DNA of 64,000 bases from Octopus sinensis (GCF_006345805.1 NC_043013.1:35092001-35156000), one strand, 5' to 3'. Numbered from the stretch's first letter, positions 1 to 13,480 are shown. Program-made: numbers and translations. The notes: a model not told the origin generated them from the letters alone.

Positions 1-61
<61 letters not shown>

Positions 62-296
62 GTGTGTGTGTCTATACACAAGTATATTTATATATGTATA
101 TATATATACATACATACACACACACACACACATATATATATACTTAAATACATACATACATACATGTGTGTGTGCCTGTCTGTCTATCTGCCTATGTATC
201 TAACTACCTATCAATCTACCTGTCTATCTGTCTATTTATCTATTTATCAATATATCTATGTATGTATGTATGTATGTATGTATGTATGTATGTATG

Positions 297-334
<38 letters not shown>

Positions 335-358
335 CCTACCTATCTATCTATTTATACA

Positions 359-389
<31 letters not shown>

Positions 390-457
390 CTATCTATCAA
401 TCTATCTATCTATTTATCTATCTATCTATTTATCTGTCTACCTACCTATCTATCTAC

Positions 458-489
<32 letters not shown>

Positions 490-490
490 A

Positions 491-526
<36 letters not shown>

Positions 527-530
527 CAGT
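1..530. repeat. Compound microsatellite (TC)n(TA)n(CA)n(TATG)n(TATC)n
   Basis: Direct reading; the overlapping IYLS/MYVC ORFs are repeat translations. Confidence 0.95.
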
Positions 531-1038
531 TAGCTAGCTACTTATTATTTTGTTAATAACAATCCTCTCCGCCACCTAACAAGTTAACTTCCCATCATCA
601 TATAATTACTTGAAAAGCTCTTTTATGAGACAGAAAAATATTTTACTAATTTATGTTCTGAGATAAAACTCTCCTGCGAGTCCAAAATTAATTTCCAGAA
701 GCTTCCAGCAAAATGCTTTGAATTAAATACTGTCTCTGAGAGAAAACTATTTTGGGATTTTTGATGGTTTTTCAAAAACTGACAAACAAATTGGTTGAAT
801 ACAAATTAATTTAGAAACAAGTTTCAAAATTATCTTCTCATACAGTCAACATGATGAAAAGGTTTTTGGCTACGCACACACATATTTTGAGCTCGTTTAC
901 AGTGCAGAAATAATCAATTATGAATATATGGATAGAAACAAAACAAAATGTAAAAGAAAAACAACGTAAAATAATAATAAAAATTTTTAAATATTAAAAA
1001 GACAACAACAGTGATAATAATATTATTATTATTATTAT

Positions 1039-1073
<35 letters not shown>

Positions 1074-1907
1074 TATAGTTGAGAAAGTGATAAAAAAATG
1101 AAAACAAAATGATTTAAATTAAGGAAAATACCACAACACAATTTAGACTTTTAGTAATTTACCAATTTCCAATAGAGTTGTTAAATTAATTCATTTGTAG
1201 CATTTGAGACATTTTCAAAAATGAAAGGTATAACAAGGAAAAAAAAGAGAAAGAAAAAGAATTAAAAAATGCAATGACATAGAAAGAAAGAAAGAAATTA
1301 AACTTTTGGTAAGAAGTGCAATAAGAATATTATTAAAAATACCATTGTCATGACAAGACCAATTCTTGAAAACATAAGATAATAAACAACATGATTGTTG
1401 AAATAGCAGTATCACAGAACACAGTAAGCAACTCCACAATTTGAAGTTTTTGACTTATCTTCCTCTCTCTCACATTTCAACCTTTATCAATGCTGTTTTG
1501 TTATTTTTTAAACTTTGTAATAAAATGCTAATTTAAAGGAGAAAAAGATAATAGAAATTAAAATGTAAAAAAAACAACTCTTGGCTATATAGCATTTTTA
1601 TTTTGTTTTGAAATTTGACGAATCAACAAAAACATTCTTAATATTAGATGATGGAGTCAACAAGAGGGAAAAATCACGACTGATAATGTCACTAATGTCA
1701 CTCCTCTCCATCGCTTTACACTTTATCACCTTGCTTCCAGTAAGAACTTATACATGTAATTGATGCACTGAATACAATATAGTTCTCATTTCTTTGCAAT
1801 ATTGCATATAGAGTATACCATATATTCTACATAGTGCTAAATTACAGTTCACGCTCTCTCTCCCCACCTAATATATACATGTATATATGTGTGTGTGTAC
1901 ATATGTG

Positions 1908-1950
<43 letters not shown>

Positions 1951-2177
1951 CAAAGAAATTCCAATTCTGTCTGTTTTTTATGTTTTATTTGTATTGTTTG
2001 TAATATTAACATAGAATATAGAATATATAGTGTAAATAATATATATAGTAAAATGAAATGAAGTATTGATTGTCTTATTGAATAGATGAAATATTGAATA
2101 TAAAACATTAAGGGACTAGTATACTTTCTTGCATTAAAGCATCTTCAAGGTCCCAGGTTGTGACCGGAGTGTTTCAG

Positions 2178-2233
<56 letters not shown>

Positions 2234-2305
2234 GTATGTATATATATACACAGAGGTATTTATGTAGACAAGCAAACTGATACACAAAATATATATATAT
2301 ATATA

Positions 2306-3188
2306 CGTAGTCTTGTCAATAAGTGTCCGGACTGTTGCCATAGTAACAAAGCTAAAGCATGCAGAGTAAAGCCACTTAACACAGATTGACCTTGATCTTT
2401 GCTGTGCATGTACACTAAGTTTTAATGTTTTAGCTTACGTCCACTATTTACAGCAGTTCTTGGAAGGAAAGTATGTAGCATGTGATTGTTGCATTGAACA
2501 TGACAAAGAAAGTTGAGCGGAGAATCTGCATCAAATTTTGTCAAAAGCTTGGCAATACCTGCTCAGAGGCTTATGCAAAGTTTTCAAAAAGTTTTCATCG
2601 TTCTAGACACAATCAAGGAGATCTTGTGCAACTGAAACCCGAGTGTCATTTTGGTCAGATGAAAACAGTATTGACACAAACTTGGCAGATACGCATCTCA
2701 TATCCAAATCTTCAGTGATAATGGACTGAACTGAACCATAACTAATTTGCACATCCTCTGATAACTCATGGATGGTGAGTCAACGAATTCCCCTCACAGC
2801 TGCTTGCACATCAATGATGTTTTTCTCAGTTCTGCTGGTTGCATTTCTTCCAGAACGTTCATCAATATTGACATCTTTCAGACATCTTGGAAATGTCTGA
2901 ACCACTTGTACAGTTGTGCGCTGCTCATACACTCCTCTCCATACACTTTCTGCAACTTTGTATGGTTTTTCTGAGTAGGTAACGCTATGACAACTTTCTC
3001 TGTCATGCTCAATGCAACAATTACACATTACACATTTTCCTTCTAAAAAGTGGAAGTGAGCTAGAAAGTTAAAACTTAATGTGCATGCACAGCAGAGTTC
3101 AAGGTCAATCTTGACCAACTGGTTTCACTCTGCATGCTTTAGCTTCATTACTAAGGCAATAGTCCGGATACTTATCGATTAGAACTCA
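2306..3188. mobile_element. Mariner-derived foldback element made of two inward-facing 5' ends
   Basis: TA-flanked inverted termini (CGTAGTCTTGTCAATAAGTGTCCGGACT / AGTCCGGATACTTATCGATTAGAACTCA). The + arm encodes MTKKVERRICIKFCQKLGNTCSE. The - arm encodes a frameshifted mariner N-terminus (DVNIDERSGR, LTIHELSEDVQISYGSVQSIITEDLDMRCVSAKFV) up to FLKTL. Confidence 0.85.
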
Positions 3189-3378
3189 TACAAAAATATG
3201 TTGGCAGAAAGAAAGCAAACACTTCAGACTTTCAGACTATGAATATTTAAGTATAGAAAATATAGATATTTAATCTTAATAGATCAAACTTACACAGATT
3301 ACAAACAACAGCGAATTGGTCCCACATAGAGATATCAGAGTCTAAGCTTGCATTATTTGAGGCCTGCCAAGTGTTAAG

Positions 3379-3537
3379 ATATGGCTGTGTGGTAAGACGC
3401 TTGTTTCCCAACCTCATGGTTCCAGGTTCAGACTCACTCTATGGCACCTTGGGCAAGTGTTTTCTACTACAGCCTTGGGATGACCAAAACCTCATGGGTG
3501 GATTTGGTTGATGGAAACTGAATGAAGCCAGATGTAT
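3379..3537 (+). mobile_element. SINE-A 5' half (tRNA-like head plus central domain)
   Basis: GGCTGTGTGGTAAG A-box-like and GGTTCAGACTC B-box-like motifs, then the CTTGGGCAAGTGTTTTCTACTA domain shared with many copies in the window. Confidence 0.8.
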
Positions 3538-3560
3538 ATATATATATATATATATATATA

Positions 3561-5311
3561 CTAGCAGTATAACCCGGCCTTGCCCGGGATTAAGTTACGA
3601 TTATTAAGCTAATCAAGTTCTTTATTTCAAACCAAACTAAGTAATATAGATGTCAAATTTGGGCGAAATCCGTTGAAATTAGTTATATTATATATATTAT
3701 ATATATATGATATAATATAAATATATATGGGCAACTGACACGAACACACATACACACACGTACGTACATACACCTATTGCATGTTTTGTGCACACATACA
3801 TGTTCATAAACAGAAATGAATGGAAAAAATGTTGTTAAATTTGTAGATTAACACTTGCACGATTTTCACTAGAGTAAATCTTTCTAATCTAATTCATCCC
3901 GTAATCTGTACCAGTAATATTCTCATGCAAATTTGTCTGATCTCTAGTGGTTAAGCTGTTTATTATTATTATTATTATTATTAGTATTAGTATTATCCCT
4001 TTGATCCCCAGTCGACAATTTGTTTATTATTATTATTATTATTATTATTATTTTCAGCTTCGCCTCGTATTGCATATTCTGTATAATTTATTAGTTATTG
4101 TTGACCATCGGTTTTACGGCCTCGTGTCTCGCTAAATACAGAATAGATATTTAAGTTTCTCCATACAGGGGTTTTTCAATGGCGGCCGATTTTCGCAGTG
4201 TTCCACTATTCCCTTCTCTCTCTCTCCCTCTTTTACGTTGTCTGCCCTCCCCCCTCTTCCTTTCCCCCCTTCCATTGCTAAGAGCATTTTTAAGCCAGCC
4301 CGTCAAGTTCAACCTTCGCATATTCCTGGTGCCCCCGCCCTTGCCCACCCCCACCACCAATACCGGATATCTCTATATTTTTGCTCCATCTATACCGGAT
4401 GTCGCTTCTCCCACCACCATTATAGGTGTCTACTCTTCGAACCCCCCTCTTCAATACGCTATTTCACCATGCATTACCCCTCTCGTGATATCCTACGTTC
4501 TACTTGTCTAGAACCTGTCATCGTTTCTCCGAACACCCCTCCCCCCTGGTGCTCCCCTATATTTCTGCACCCCCCCCCACATAAAAAGCACCATCCGAAC
4601 GTGGCTGATGCCAGCACCGCCCCGACTGGCTTCTGTGCAGGTGGCACATAAAAAGCACCAACTGACCGTGGCCGATGCCAGACCCCTCTGGCACCTGTGC
4701 AGGTGGCACGTAAAAAGCACCCACTACACTCGCGGAGTGGTTGGCGTTAGGAAGGGCATCCAGCTGTAGAAACACTGCCAGACCAGACTGGAGCCTGGGG
4801 CAGCCCCTGGCTCCCCAGACCCCGGTCGAAACCGTCCAACCCGTGCTAGCGCAGAAAACGGACGTTAAACGATGATGATGATGATGATGATGATATATAC
4901 TATGATTATAAAATATAGTGTCTTTGAAAATCAAAAAACAAAACATTTTACATTTCATTTTTTATGACCATCATAACTTACTCTCTCTCTCTCTCCCTCT
5001 CTCACTTTGTCTTTCCCGTGAAACTCTCTGCCTCCTTCTTCCACTTTTCTTTATCTTAATTTTATTTTTTTGTTAGACGGCATCAAAAAAACCCAGGCTG
5101 ATATTTTTTGTGGCTAAAAGCTATGTCTGAAAATAGATATTTACGCTACCCACGGGTGCCTCGGGGGGGGGGAATGTGTTGACAAAACCCAGATAGGGTA
5201 TTGACAAATGTCCTCCTAAAATTGGAGCGACATGCATGCTAATTTGTGGACGTGCATAAATTACAATCACGTACACACACACAAGCACACACATCCTCCC
5301 TTTTATAGATA

Positions 5312-5313
<2 letters not shown>
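3561..5313 (-). mobile_element. Non-autonomous Helitron-like element (3' end clear, 5' end inferred)
   Basis: On the - strand the hairpin CCCGG-GCAAGG-CCGGG lies 8 nt before a terminal CTAG followed by T at 3560, the canonical Helitron 3' signature. The putative TC-starting 5' end near 5313 is inference. Confidence 0.55.
4568..4893 (+). mobile_element. RTE-type 3' tail element with about 60-bp subrepeats and (GAT)n tail
   Basis: Tandem GTGCAGGTGGCAC(A/G)TAAAAAGCACC units, then GGCGTTAGGAAGGGCATCCAGCTGTAGAAA and GGACGTTAAACGATGATG. Confidence 0.75.
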
Positions 5314-5367
<54 letters not shown>

Positions 5368-5414
5368 AGATTGATATAAATATTGATATAAATACATATA
5401 TATGTATATATCTA

Positions 5415-5642
5415 TGTGTGTATGTCTTTGTGTCTGTGTTTGTCCTACCATTACTGCTTGACAACTGCTGTTGGTGTGTTTATGCCCCTGTAACTTAATG
5501 GTTCAGCAAAAGAGACTGATAGAATAAGTACTAGGATTAAAAAAATAAATCTTGGGGTTGATTTGTTCAACTAAAATCCCTCAGGCTGGTGCTCCAGCAT
5601 GTCTGCAGTCAAATGACAGAATTGAGTAAAAGAATAAAAGAA
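5415..5642 (+). mobile_element. SINE-A 3' half
   Basis: GATAGAATAAGTACTAGG...GGTGCTCCAGCATG...GAGTAAAAGAATAAAAG module. Confidence 0.8.
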
Positions 5643-5685
5643 TATATATATATGGATGTATGTATGTATATATATATATATATAT

Positions 5686-5748
<63 letters not shown>

Positions 5749-5859
5749 TAGATATATACACATATATATATACATATATATACACATATATATATACATA
5801 TATACACATATATATATACATATATAAATATACATACACACACACACATATATATATAT

Positions 5860-5955
5860 CATCATCATCATCATCATCCTCATTTAGCGTCCGCTTTCCA
5901 TGCTAGCATGGGTTGGACGGGTCAACTGGGGTCTGTGAAGCTGGAAGGCTTCGTC
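5860..5955 (-). mobile_element. RTE-type tail fragment
   Basis: Reverse complement of CCAACCCATGCTAGCATGGAAAGCGGACGCTAAATGA plus (GAT)n. Confidence 0.65.
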
Positions 5956-5994
5956 AGATATCTATATATATATATGTATGTATGTATATGTATA

Positions 5995-6039
<45 letters not shown>

Positions 6040-6267
6040 TAAAAAGCAGAAAAAAAGTGAAGACTAAGTTGCAGAATTTTACCAAATTTCAAAATTTCAT
6101 TCTGCCCTCAGATATATATTCTATATAATCTGTTAAAATGTGTATAATATCAAAAGATAATCCATGTACAAGCTTTGTTTAATACCTGATTTGAAGTTAG
6201 ATATAGATGGAATTACATGGAGTTCTTAACAAAGATTAACTGTTATGCTATCTCATTCAAAGCAGCC

Positions 6268-6470
6268 AATGAGCTGGCTGAATCATTAGCATCGTGAGCA
6301 ATGTGCTTTGTGGTATTTCCTCTGTATTTACATTCTGAGTTCAAATTCTGCTGAAGTCAACTTTGCCTTTCTTCTTTTCAAGGGTCAATAAAGAAGATAC
6401 CACTTTAGCACCAGAGCCAATATAAATGATTTATCCCTTCCCCAAAATTGGTAGCTTTGACCCAAATTGT
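6268..6470 (+). mobile_element. SINE-B (degenerate)
   Basis: GAGCTGGCTGAATCATTAGC head, TTCTGAGTTCAAATTCTG B-box, GTCAACTTTGCCTTTC central domain. Confidence 0.7.
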
Positions 6471-6842
6471 GTAACTAATATCTATCTATCTATTTATCTA
6501 CCTATTTATCTATCTAGCTATCTATCTATTGATATATATATATATATGCTGGACTAAGCACATAAATGTGAAACAAGGTGGAAAAAAGACTACATTGCAT
6601 GCTTAAGACCGTTAATTGAAAGGACCAATGAAACAAATCCATTTTTAAAGGTGTATCCTTTAACTAGTTTTGATTGTATCGTTATTTTTGTTCTATTTTA
6701 ACAAAACTGTCTAATGAACGGGAACGTAAAACTCTGAGTAACAGTTTTTGTTATATTTCTTCTACTTATAAATAAAGTATATATATATATATATATATAA
6801 CAAAAGAGGGGATGTATTTCCACACAGGAAAAAAATATATTC

Positions 6843-7024
6843 AAATTTGTTGCTGAAAATGCACCTAAATTTGAAAAACTTATAATTGTTTGAAATAAAT
6901 TCATTTACATATATACCAATTTAGAAACAAAAAATATTGTTGAAACTAGTTTGGTATATATGTAAATAAATTTATTTTAGGCAATTACAAGTTTTTCAAA
7001 CTTAGGTGCATTTTCAACAAATTT
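6843..7024. mobile_element. Palindromic MITE-like hairpin, about 75-bp arms with about 31-bp spacer
   Basis: 6843-6919 is the near-exact reverse complement of 6951-7024. Confidence 0.7.
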
Positions 7025-7027
7025 GCC

Positions 7028-7068
<41 letters not shown>

Positions 7069-7500
7069 CAATTACTAAATGTATTTTGTGGAATGAATGG
7101 TTTTCACTGTGAAATAATTTCTTAAATTATTCCTCACTTGAATAAATATAACAATTCTTCCTACTGACATGGGTTCGATAGCTCACTTCTATTTGCCGTC
7201 CTTTGTCATATGAAACACATTGTAGTAGAAAAATAAAAGACCAACTAACTTATCTGATGTGTATGATATTCTTTCTAACAATGTCTTTACAAATGGACAC
7301 CCTTCCTATCACCAACCTCTCTACAGCTTGAAGTGAGAGAATTTTATCATACCACCAAAAAAATAGGAAGGATGTTGGTAAAAGACTTGGAAGCTTACCT
7401 CTACTCTACATCACTTCTTATTCAAGGTGATTCACTTTTGGATGGATTACTTGTACTTTGGCTTGCAGAATTCATATATTTGTTCACCTGTTTTTTATTA

Positions 7501-7860
7501 TTACTTCCGCTTTAGCGAAGGCGGAGGTATTGTTTTCAGCCATGTTTGTTTGTTTGCTTGTTTGTCCTTGGACAACATATCTCAAGAACCGCTGGATGGA
7601 TTCAGATGAAACTTTCAGGGATGTTTGACCTCATGACTGGCTCAAATTGATTAGCTTTTGGGATCGATCCAGTGCTGAAATATTTTTCCTGTTTTTTTTT
7701 TTACTTAATTTTTGGGAGTGGTTGAGCTCATTTTTAGTATTCTCGTTTGTGAGAGTAGTCAAGCTTATTTCAGATATCTCATTTTAAAAATCATCTCCAG
7801 CTAATCATTGAGAGGACGCTGGTTTTGCCTTGGCAGAGGTTTGACCTCTCTGAGAGCTCC
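7501..7860 (+). mobile_element. Helentron-associated (HINE/DINE-1-like) element
   Basis: TTATTACTTCCGC...GGCGGAGG start, GTTTG microsatellite, ATATCTCAAGAACCGCTGGATGGATT core, 3' CCTTGGCAGAGG subterminal inverted repeat and CTCTCTGAGAG hairpin, T-rich flanks. Confidence 0.65.
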
Positions 7861-8349
7861 TTTTTTTTTCTTTTGAATGGCTACCTTTTCAAATGGATAC
7901 ACTTCTTAACTCAGACTGTTTTGCAACATGCAGCATGGTGTATGCATTATATATGTGTGTGTATATATGCATGTGCATCAGTATGTGTGTGTGTTACTAA
8001 GTTTGTGAATGTCTATACCACAAGGATAAGAACAAAATCATTGAAGCTCACAATATTCACAATATAATTCTTGCCAAAGCAGATCCCTTAACAGCTTTCT
8101 CAGTCTAAGGTGTTTTGTGTGTTTGGCCATGTAATAACACATAGGCTTTTCTCCGACTTTCCATTCCTTCCTACATTTCCTCCTCTCTGGACTTTTTCTT
8201 CTTTCTGACAAAGAGCCATGCACAAAACATTACTCATATTTTTCCATCCCAAACTTTATCTGAGCATCAATCAAATATATTCCCTGCGTACGTCCAAGCC
8301 GAATTTTATTGCTTTTTATTTTTCACTTGCCTATTCTTTTATTCGTTTA

Positions 8350-8755
8350 TTTTTTTACTCTTTTATTTGCTTCAGTCATTTTTCACTGCGGCCATGCTGG
8401 AGCACCATCTTTAGTCGAACAAATTGATCCCAGGACTTATTCTTTGTAATCCTAGTACTTATTCTATCGGTCTCTTTTGCTGAACTGCTAATTTACGGGG
8501 ACGTAAACACACCAACATCGGTTGTCAAGCAATAGTGGGTGGGGGGACAAACACAAACACAAAGACACACACATAAATATATATATATACAATGGACTTG
8601 TTTCAGTTTCCATCAACCAAATTTACACACAAGGATTTGGTTGGCCCAAGGCTATAGTAGAAGACACTTACGCAAGGTGCCACACAGTGGGGACTGAACA
8701 CAGAACCATGTGGTTGGTAAGCAAGCTACTTACCACAGATCCACTCCTGTGCCTA
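8350..8755 (-). mobile_element. SINE-A full length
   Basis: Head, central domain, internal (TA)n/(TG)n tract and 3' module all present. Confidence 0.85.
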
Positions 8756-9627
8756 TATATATATATATATATATATATAAATATATATACACACGCACAC
8801 ACACACACACATGCACATGCACACACACATATATATACATATATATAAATAAATACAGAGAGAGAGAGAGATACATACACATTTCCGTATATAAATTTTG
8901 CCATAAACATCCATGACGAGAGATGTCATCATACTGCTAAAGATCAAATCATCTCCTCACTGAATTTCATATTTAATTAATATTTAACTAATTAAAAATC
9001 TCCCGCTTGGCTCTTACTGTTTCCACATTTTGTTTATATTTTACCAGAATAATTAATTTTAAAAAAATACCTGTTCTCTTCCCTACAGGTGTAATTTGAA
9101 TTAATTATAAATTGGTGGCTCACTTCATTTAATATGCTAATGCCCATTTTACAATTACATAACATGCCACAGGCATCTAAGGTTAGTTTTCCAAGATATT
9201 TTTCTCTCTTTTTCTGTTCCTCTATTTTTTTCTCTTTCTCTCTTTCCCTCGCTTTCTGTTTCTGTCACTCTCACTCTCTCTCTGCTCATTCATTTAATGT
9301 CTATTTCTCTATGTTTGGATAGGTTAAATAGGAGTTCATAGGAGCATTTAAGAGCCAAATGCCCTTAACAGTCATTAAAACAAGGGATCTATTATTCCAC
9401 AGATCTTCAAAATGCTTGTAACTTCAACATCCATGAACACACACACACACACACACAATAGACTTCCACACACATTCCATCAACTGATTACATTCAAAAA
9501 GCATTAGGTTGACCCAGGGCTATAATAATAATCATTTGCTCAAGACAAACAGTAAGATTGAACCTGAAGCTGTATGGTTACAAAGCAAAATACTTAATCA
9601 TACAATTTGTACCCCCTCATATATATA

Positions 9628-10029
9628 CTCTTTACTCTTTTACTCTTTTACTTGTTTCAGTCATTTGACTGTGGCCATGCTGGAGCACCGCCTTTAGTTG
9701 AGCAAATCGACCCCAGGACTTATTCTTTGAAAGCCTAGTACTTATTCTATCATTCTCTTTTGCTGAACCTCTAAGTTACGGGGACGTAAACACACCAGCA
9801 TCAAGCGATGTTGGGGGGGACAAACACAGACACACAAACACACACACACATATATATATACATATATACGACGGGCTTCTTTCAGTTTCCATCTACCAAA
9901 TCCATTCACAAGGCTTTGGTCAGCCCGAGGCTATAGCAGAAGACACTTGCCCATGGTGCCATGCATTGGGACTGAACCCAGAACCATGTGGTTCGTAAGC
10001 AAGCTACTTACCACACAGCCACTCCTATG

Positions 10030-10030
<1 letters not shown>
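9628..10030 (-). mobile_element. SINE-A full length
   Basis: Same bipartite structure as the other copies. Confidence 0.85.
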
Positions 10031-10065
<35 letters not shown>

Positions 10066-10067
10066 CG

Positions 10068-10093
<26 letters not shown>

Positions 10094-10111
<18 letters not shown>

Positions 10112-10515
10112 TACAGGCGTGGCTGTGTGGTAAGAAGCTTCCCAACCACATGGTTCCAGGTTCAGTCCCACTGTGTGGCACCTTGGGCAAGTGTTTTCTA
10201 CTATAGCCTCAGGCCGACCAGAATCTTGTGAGTGGATTTGGTAGATGGAAACTGAAAGAAGCCTGTCGTGTATATATACATAAATGTATATATATTTATG
10301 TGTGAGTGTCTTTGTGTCTGTTTCCCCACCACCACCATTGCTTGACAACTGATGTTGATGTGTTTATATCCCCGAAACTTAGCAGTCCGGCAAAAGAGAC
10401 TGATAGAATAAGTGCTAGGCTTACAAAGAATAAATTCTGGGGTTAATTTCTTCAACAACAGGTGGTGCTCCAGCATGGTCATAGTCATATGACTGAGATG
10501 TGTAAAAGAGTGAAA
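10094..10515 (+). mobile_element. SINE-A full length, head-to-head with 9628-10030
   Basis: GGCGTGGCTGTGTGGTAAGAAGCTT start; GGTGCTCCAGCATGG end module. Confidence 0.85.
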
Positions 10516-11989
10516 GATTATATATTTATGTATATATGTGTGTATGTATGTAGGTATACATACAGCTCATCATCATCATTATCATTTAACAAAATGGTGG
10601 GTGAATGTAGTAAGGATGGTACACATGAATGATGGACCCATTTTGAGCACGAACCTTTAGAACCAAAAGACAAAGGGCACTTTGTTCCCATGGTTTTTCC
10701 AAGGTTATCATGGTTTTTTACATAGGTTTTTTCTTTCCAGGGATAACCCTACTTAGTGTTTTATTTTTCTCCCTCTCTTTGGGAATTTCCTTTGTGTACC
10801 TGCCTCAAATCTGTCCCTATTGATTGGTTTCCAAAGGAAAAATTCTACATTGTATTGTCCCCTTTGTGTTCAGCCATGCATGGCTTAATAAAGAAATCTA
10901 TCATTTAACATCTTGTTTTCCATTGTTGTCAAGGGTTAGATGGTTTGACAGAAGCTGACAAGGCTGGGATACCTGGCTCTATAGTTTGTTTTGGCATGCC
11001 TATAGAGTATACTGGGTGCTTTAAATGTGGCACCATCACCAACGGAGTCACCTAGTACCTTACAGGACAAAGAAAGGCAAAAAGCTCTCAACTGAGGAGG
11101 GGGAGCAAAACTGAGTAACCAGTGGCTTTGTACTAGTTGAGAGATTAAAGATGTGGAGGGACATAAATAGGTATCTAGCTGTAGATACATAAATATCCCA
11201 GCTGGAAGAGAAATGAGAATGAGTTAGAGAATTGGATGAGGAGAGTGACTGTGCTAGAGATGATGGCAAGGATGTGTTGGAACATACCCTCAAGGGACAT
11301 TGGGGTTGTGTGAGAATAAATATGTGTGTGCTTGTGTGTGTGGTTGTTTGTATACATTTGTTAACCTCAAAAAGATGTACCCCCTCAATAAAACTGAATT
11401 ATAAAAGCATTACGCCTCGGGTTCAACCATTATAATGACTTTACCTCATCATGCATTATGCTTGACTCTTCTCTCCCCCATCCACACACCTTCATGGAAT
11501 ACTCAACCATATATCTTTCTTGTTTTACGCAACCCTCCCCCCACCTACAACAACAATATGATCTCATGGGTGGGATACTTAACAACTGGTTCAGAGGCAT
11601 CCAGCAGTGCAGATGACTTCCTGGCCCCACTCTTCTGCATTCCTCTAACTCGCGGCTGTTGTTTCAGCCACCCTTGAATCCCTTACTTTTTTTTAACAAT
11701 CTGCTCCACCCCAATTCCTCATTCACCCTCCCATACAAATATGGCAAACCACCCACCCACCCATTCACCTCTACCTCAGCTTGTACCTTGTGGGGAAGGG
11801 TCACCTGAGCACCTTATCACAATTGTAACTCCCGTCAATCATTTTCTCTTTCTCTCCCTACAAATAAATATGAGTAGCCATGCAGAACTCTCTGAAAGGA
11901 CCTGCTCTGCTCCTACCCTCTCTCATAGTAAACTTCTTATCCCCTAGCAGGAAAGAAACTGACCCCTCACCACCACTTCCTGCAGTGCT

Positions 11990-12250
11990 TGTAGCCCTTT
12001 GAACTGCATAGTAACCTCAGTTGCACAGGTGGCACAGGAAAAGAAAAAGCATCCAGAATATACTGTAGAAAGGTTGGCGCTAGGAAGGGCATCCAACCAT
12101 AAAAGCCATGCCAAAGCAGACACTGGAGTCCTTGGGCACGTCAGATCTTACCAAACTGTCCAACCCATGCCAGTATGGGACATGGACATTTAATGGTGAT
12201 GATGATGTTGGTGGTGGTGGTGGTGATGATGGCAGTGGTGGCAATGCTGT

Positions 12251-12302
<52 letters not shown>

Positions 12303-12340
12303 CGATGATGATGACGACAACGAGAATGATGATGATGATG
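11990..12340 (+). mobile_element. RTE-type tail element with expanded (GAT/GGT)n tail
   Basis: GGCGCTAGGAAGGGCATCCA and CCAACCCATGCCAGTATGG motifs followed by a long GAT tract. Confidence 0.65.
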
Positions 12341-12574
12341 CAAATTAAAATAAAAGTTGGGATTTTTTGCCGAGGGTTAAAGTGGTAACAAAAACTGGAC
12401 AGTAAGAACAAAACGGTAAAAACAAATGGTGAGAGCTGTTAAGCCAACAACGATGTGAAGTGGTGAATGCTGGAAAACCGAGCTTTGAGAAGAGACAGGT
12501 AAAAGCACATCTTGTCTTTAGGAAGGAAGTGGAAGAAAGAAAGATAGATAGCCTTTGGTCACGTGTGAGCAAAC

Positions 12575-12733
12575 AAGCTTCTTTCAGTTTCTGTCTACCA
12601 AACCCACTCACATGGCTTTGATTGGACTGAGACTATAGTAGAATACACTTACCCCTTACCCAAGGTGTTATGAAGTGGAACTGAACCTGGAACCATGTGA
12701 TTGGGAAGCAAGCTTCTTACCACACAGCCACGC
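12575..12733 (-). mobile_element. SINE-A 5' half
   Basis: Reverse complement of head plus central domain. Confidence 0.75.
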
Positions 12734-12867
12734 CTAGTTATTTTGGAAAACTGAAACAGACAGAAATAGAAAGAGACAGAAAGAGAAATATGTATTTTCA
12801 AAATTATTTTGAAATATTCAGAGAGGGCGATAGAGAGCGAAATAGTGAGAGAGGGGGAGTGAGTGAT

Positions 12868-12915
<48 letters not shown>

Positions 12916-13179
12916 GTAGAAAGGTTGACAGAGATGGAGGATAAAAGAAAACCATTTTGGTGGTGGCTTTCAGATTTTTCTTCCAGCGCCACTTCTGCCA
13001 ACACCACTGAACTCCTTCAACTCACATATAATTACTTGATTAGCCTGAATCATTCCTTGGATCTTTAATCCATTCTTTCAATTAAGTGGGAATAATTTTC
13101 AATATTTGTTTTACTGTTTCAATGATTTTAGTTTTAAACATTTTTATTTCAACTTTCGTTTGTACTTGTTTCTGCATAT

Positions 13180-13213
<34 letters not shown>

Positions 13214-13283
13214 GTATATATATGTATGTATGTATGTTGTGTGTGTGTGTATATATTATATTATATATATGTATGTATGTATG

Positions 13284-13346
<63 letters not shown>

Positions 13347-13387
13347 CTGTATGTATATGTATGTATATATATGTATGTATGTATGTA

Positions 13388-13418
<31 letters not shown>

Positions 13419-13447
13419 GTATGTATATGTATGTATGTATGTATGTA

Positions 13448-13480
<33 letters not shown>

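Noticed and set aside
6695-6745. Hammerhead relic CTGT-CTAATGA...GTAACAG
   Set aside because: Both core segments are mutated and GAAA is absent; too degenerate.
11420-11990. ORFs at 11.4-12.0 kb and 39.9-40.2 kb as host exons
   Set aside because: No recognisable domains or convincing splice pairs; they look like heavily decayed retroelement sequence.
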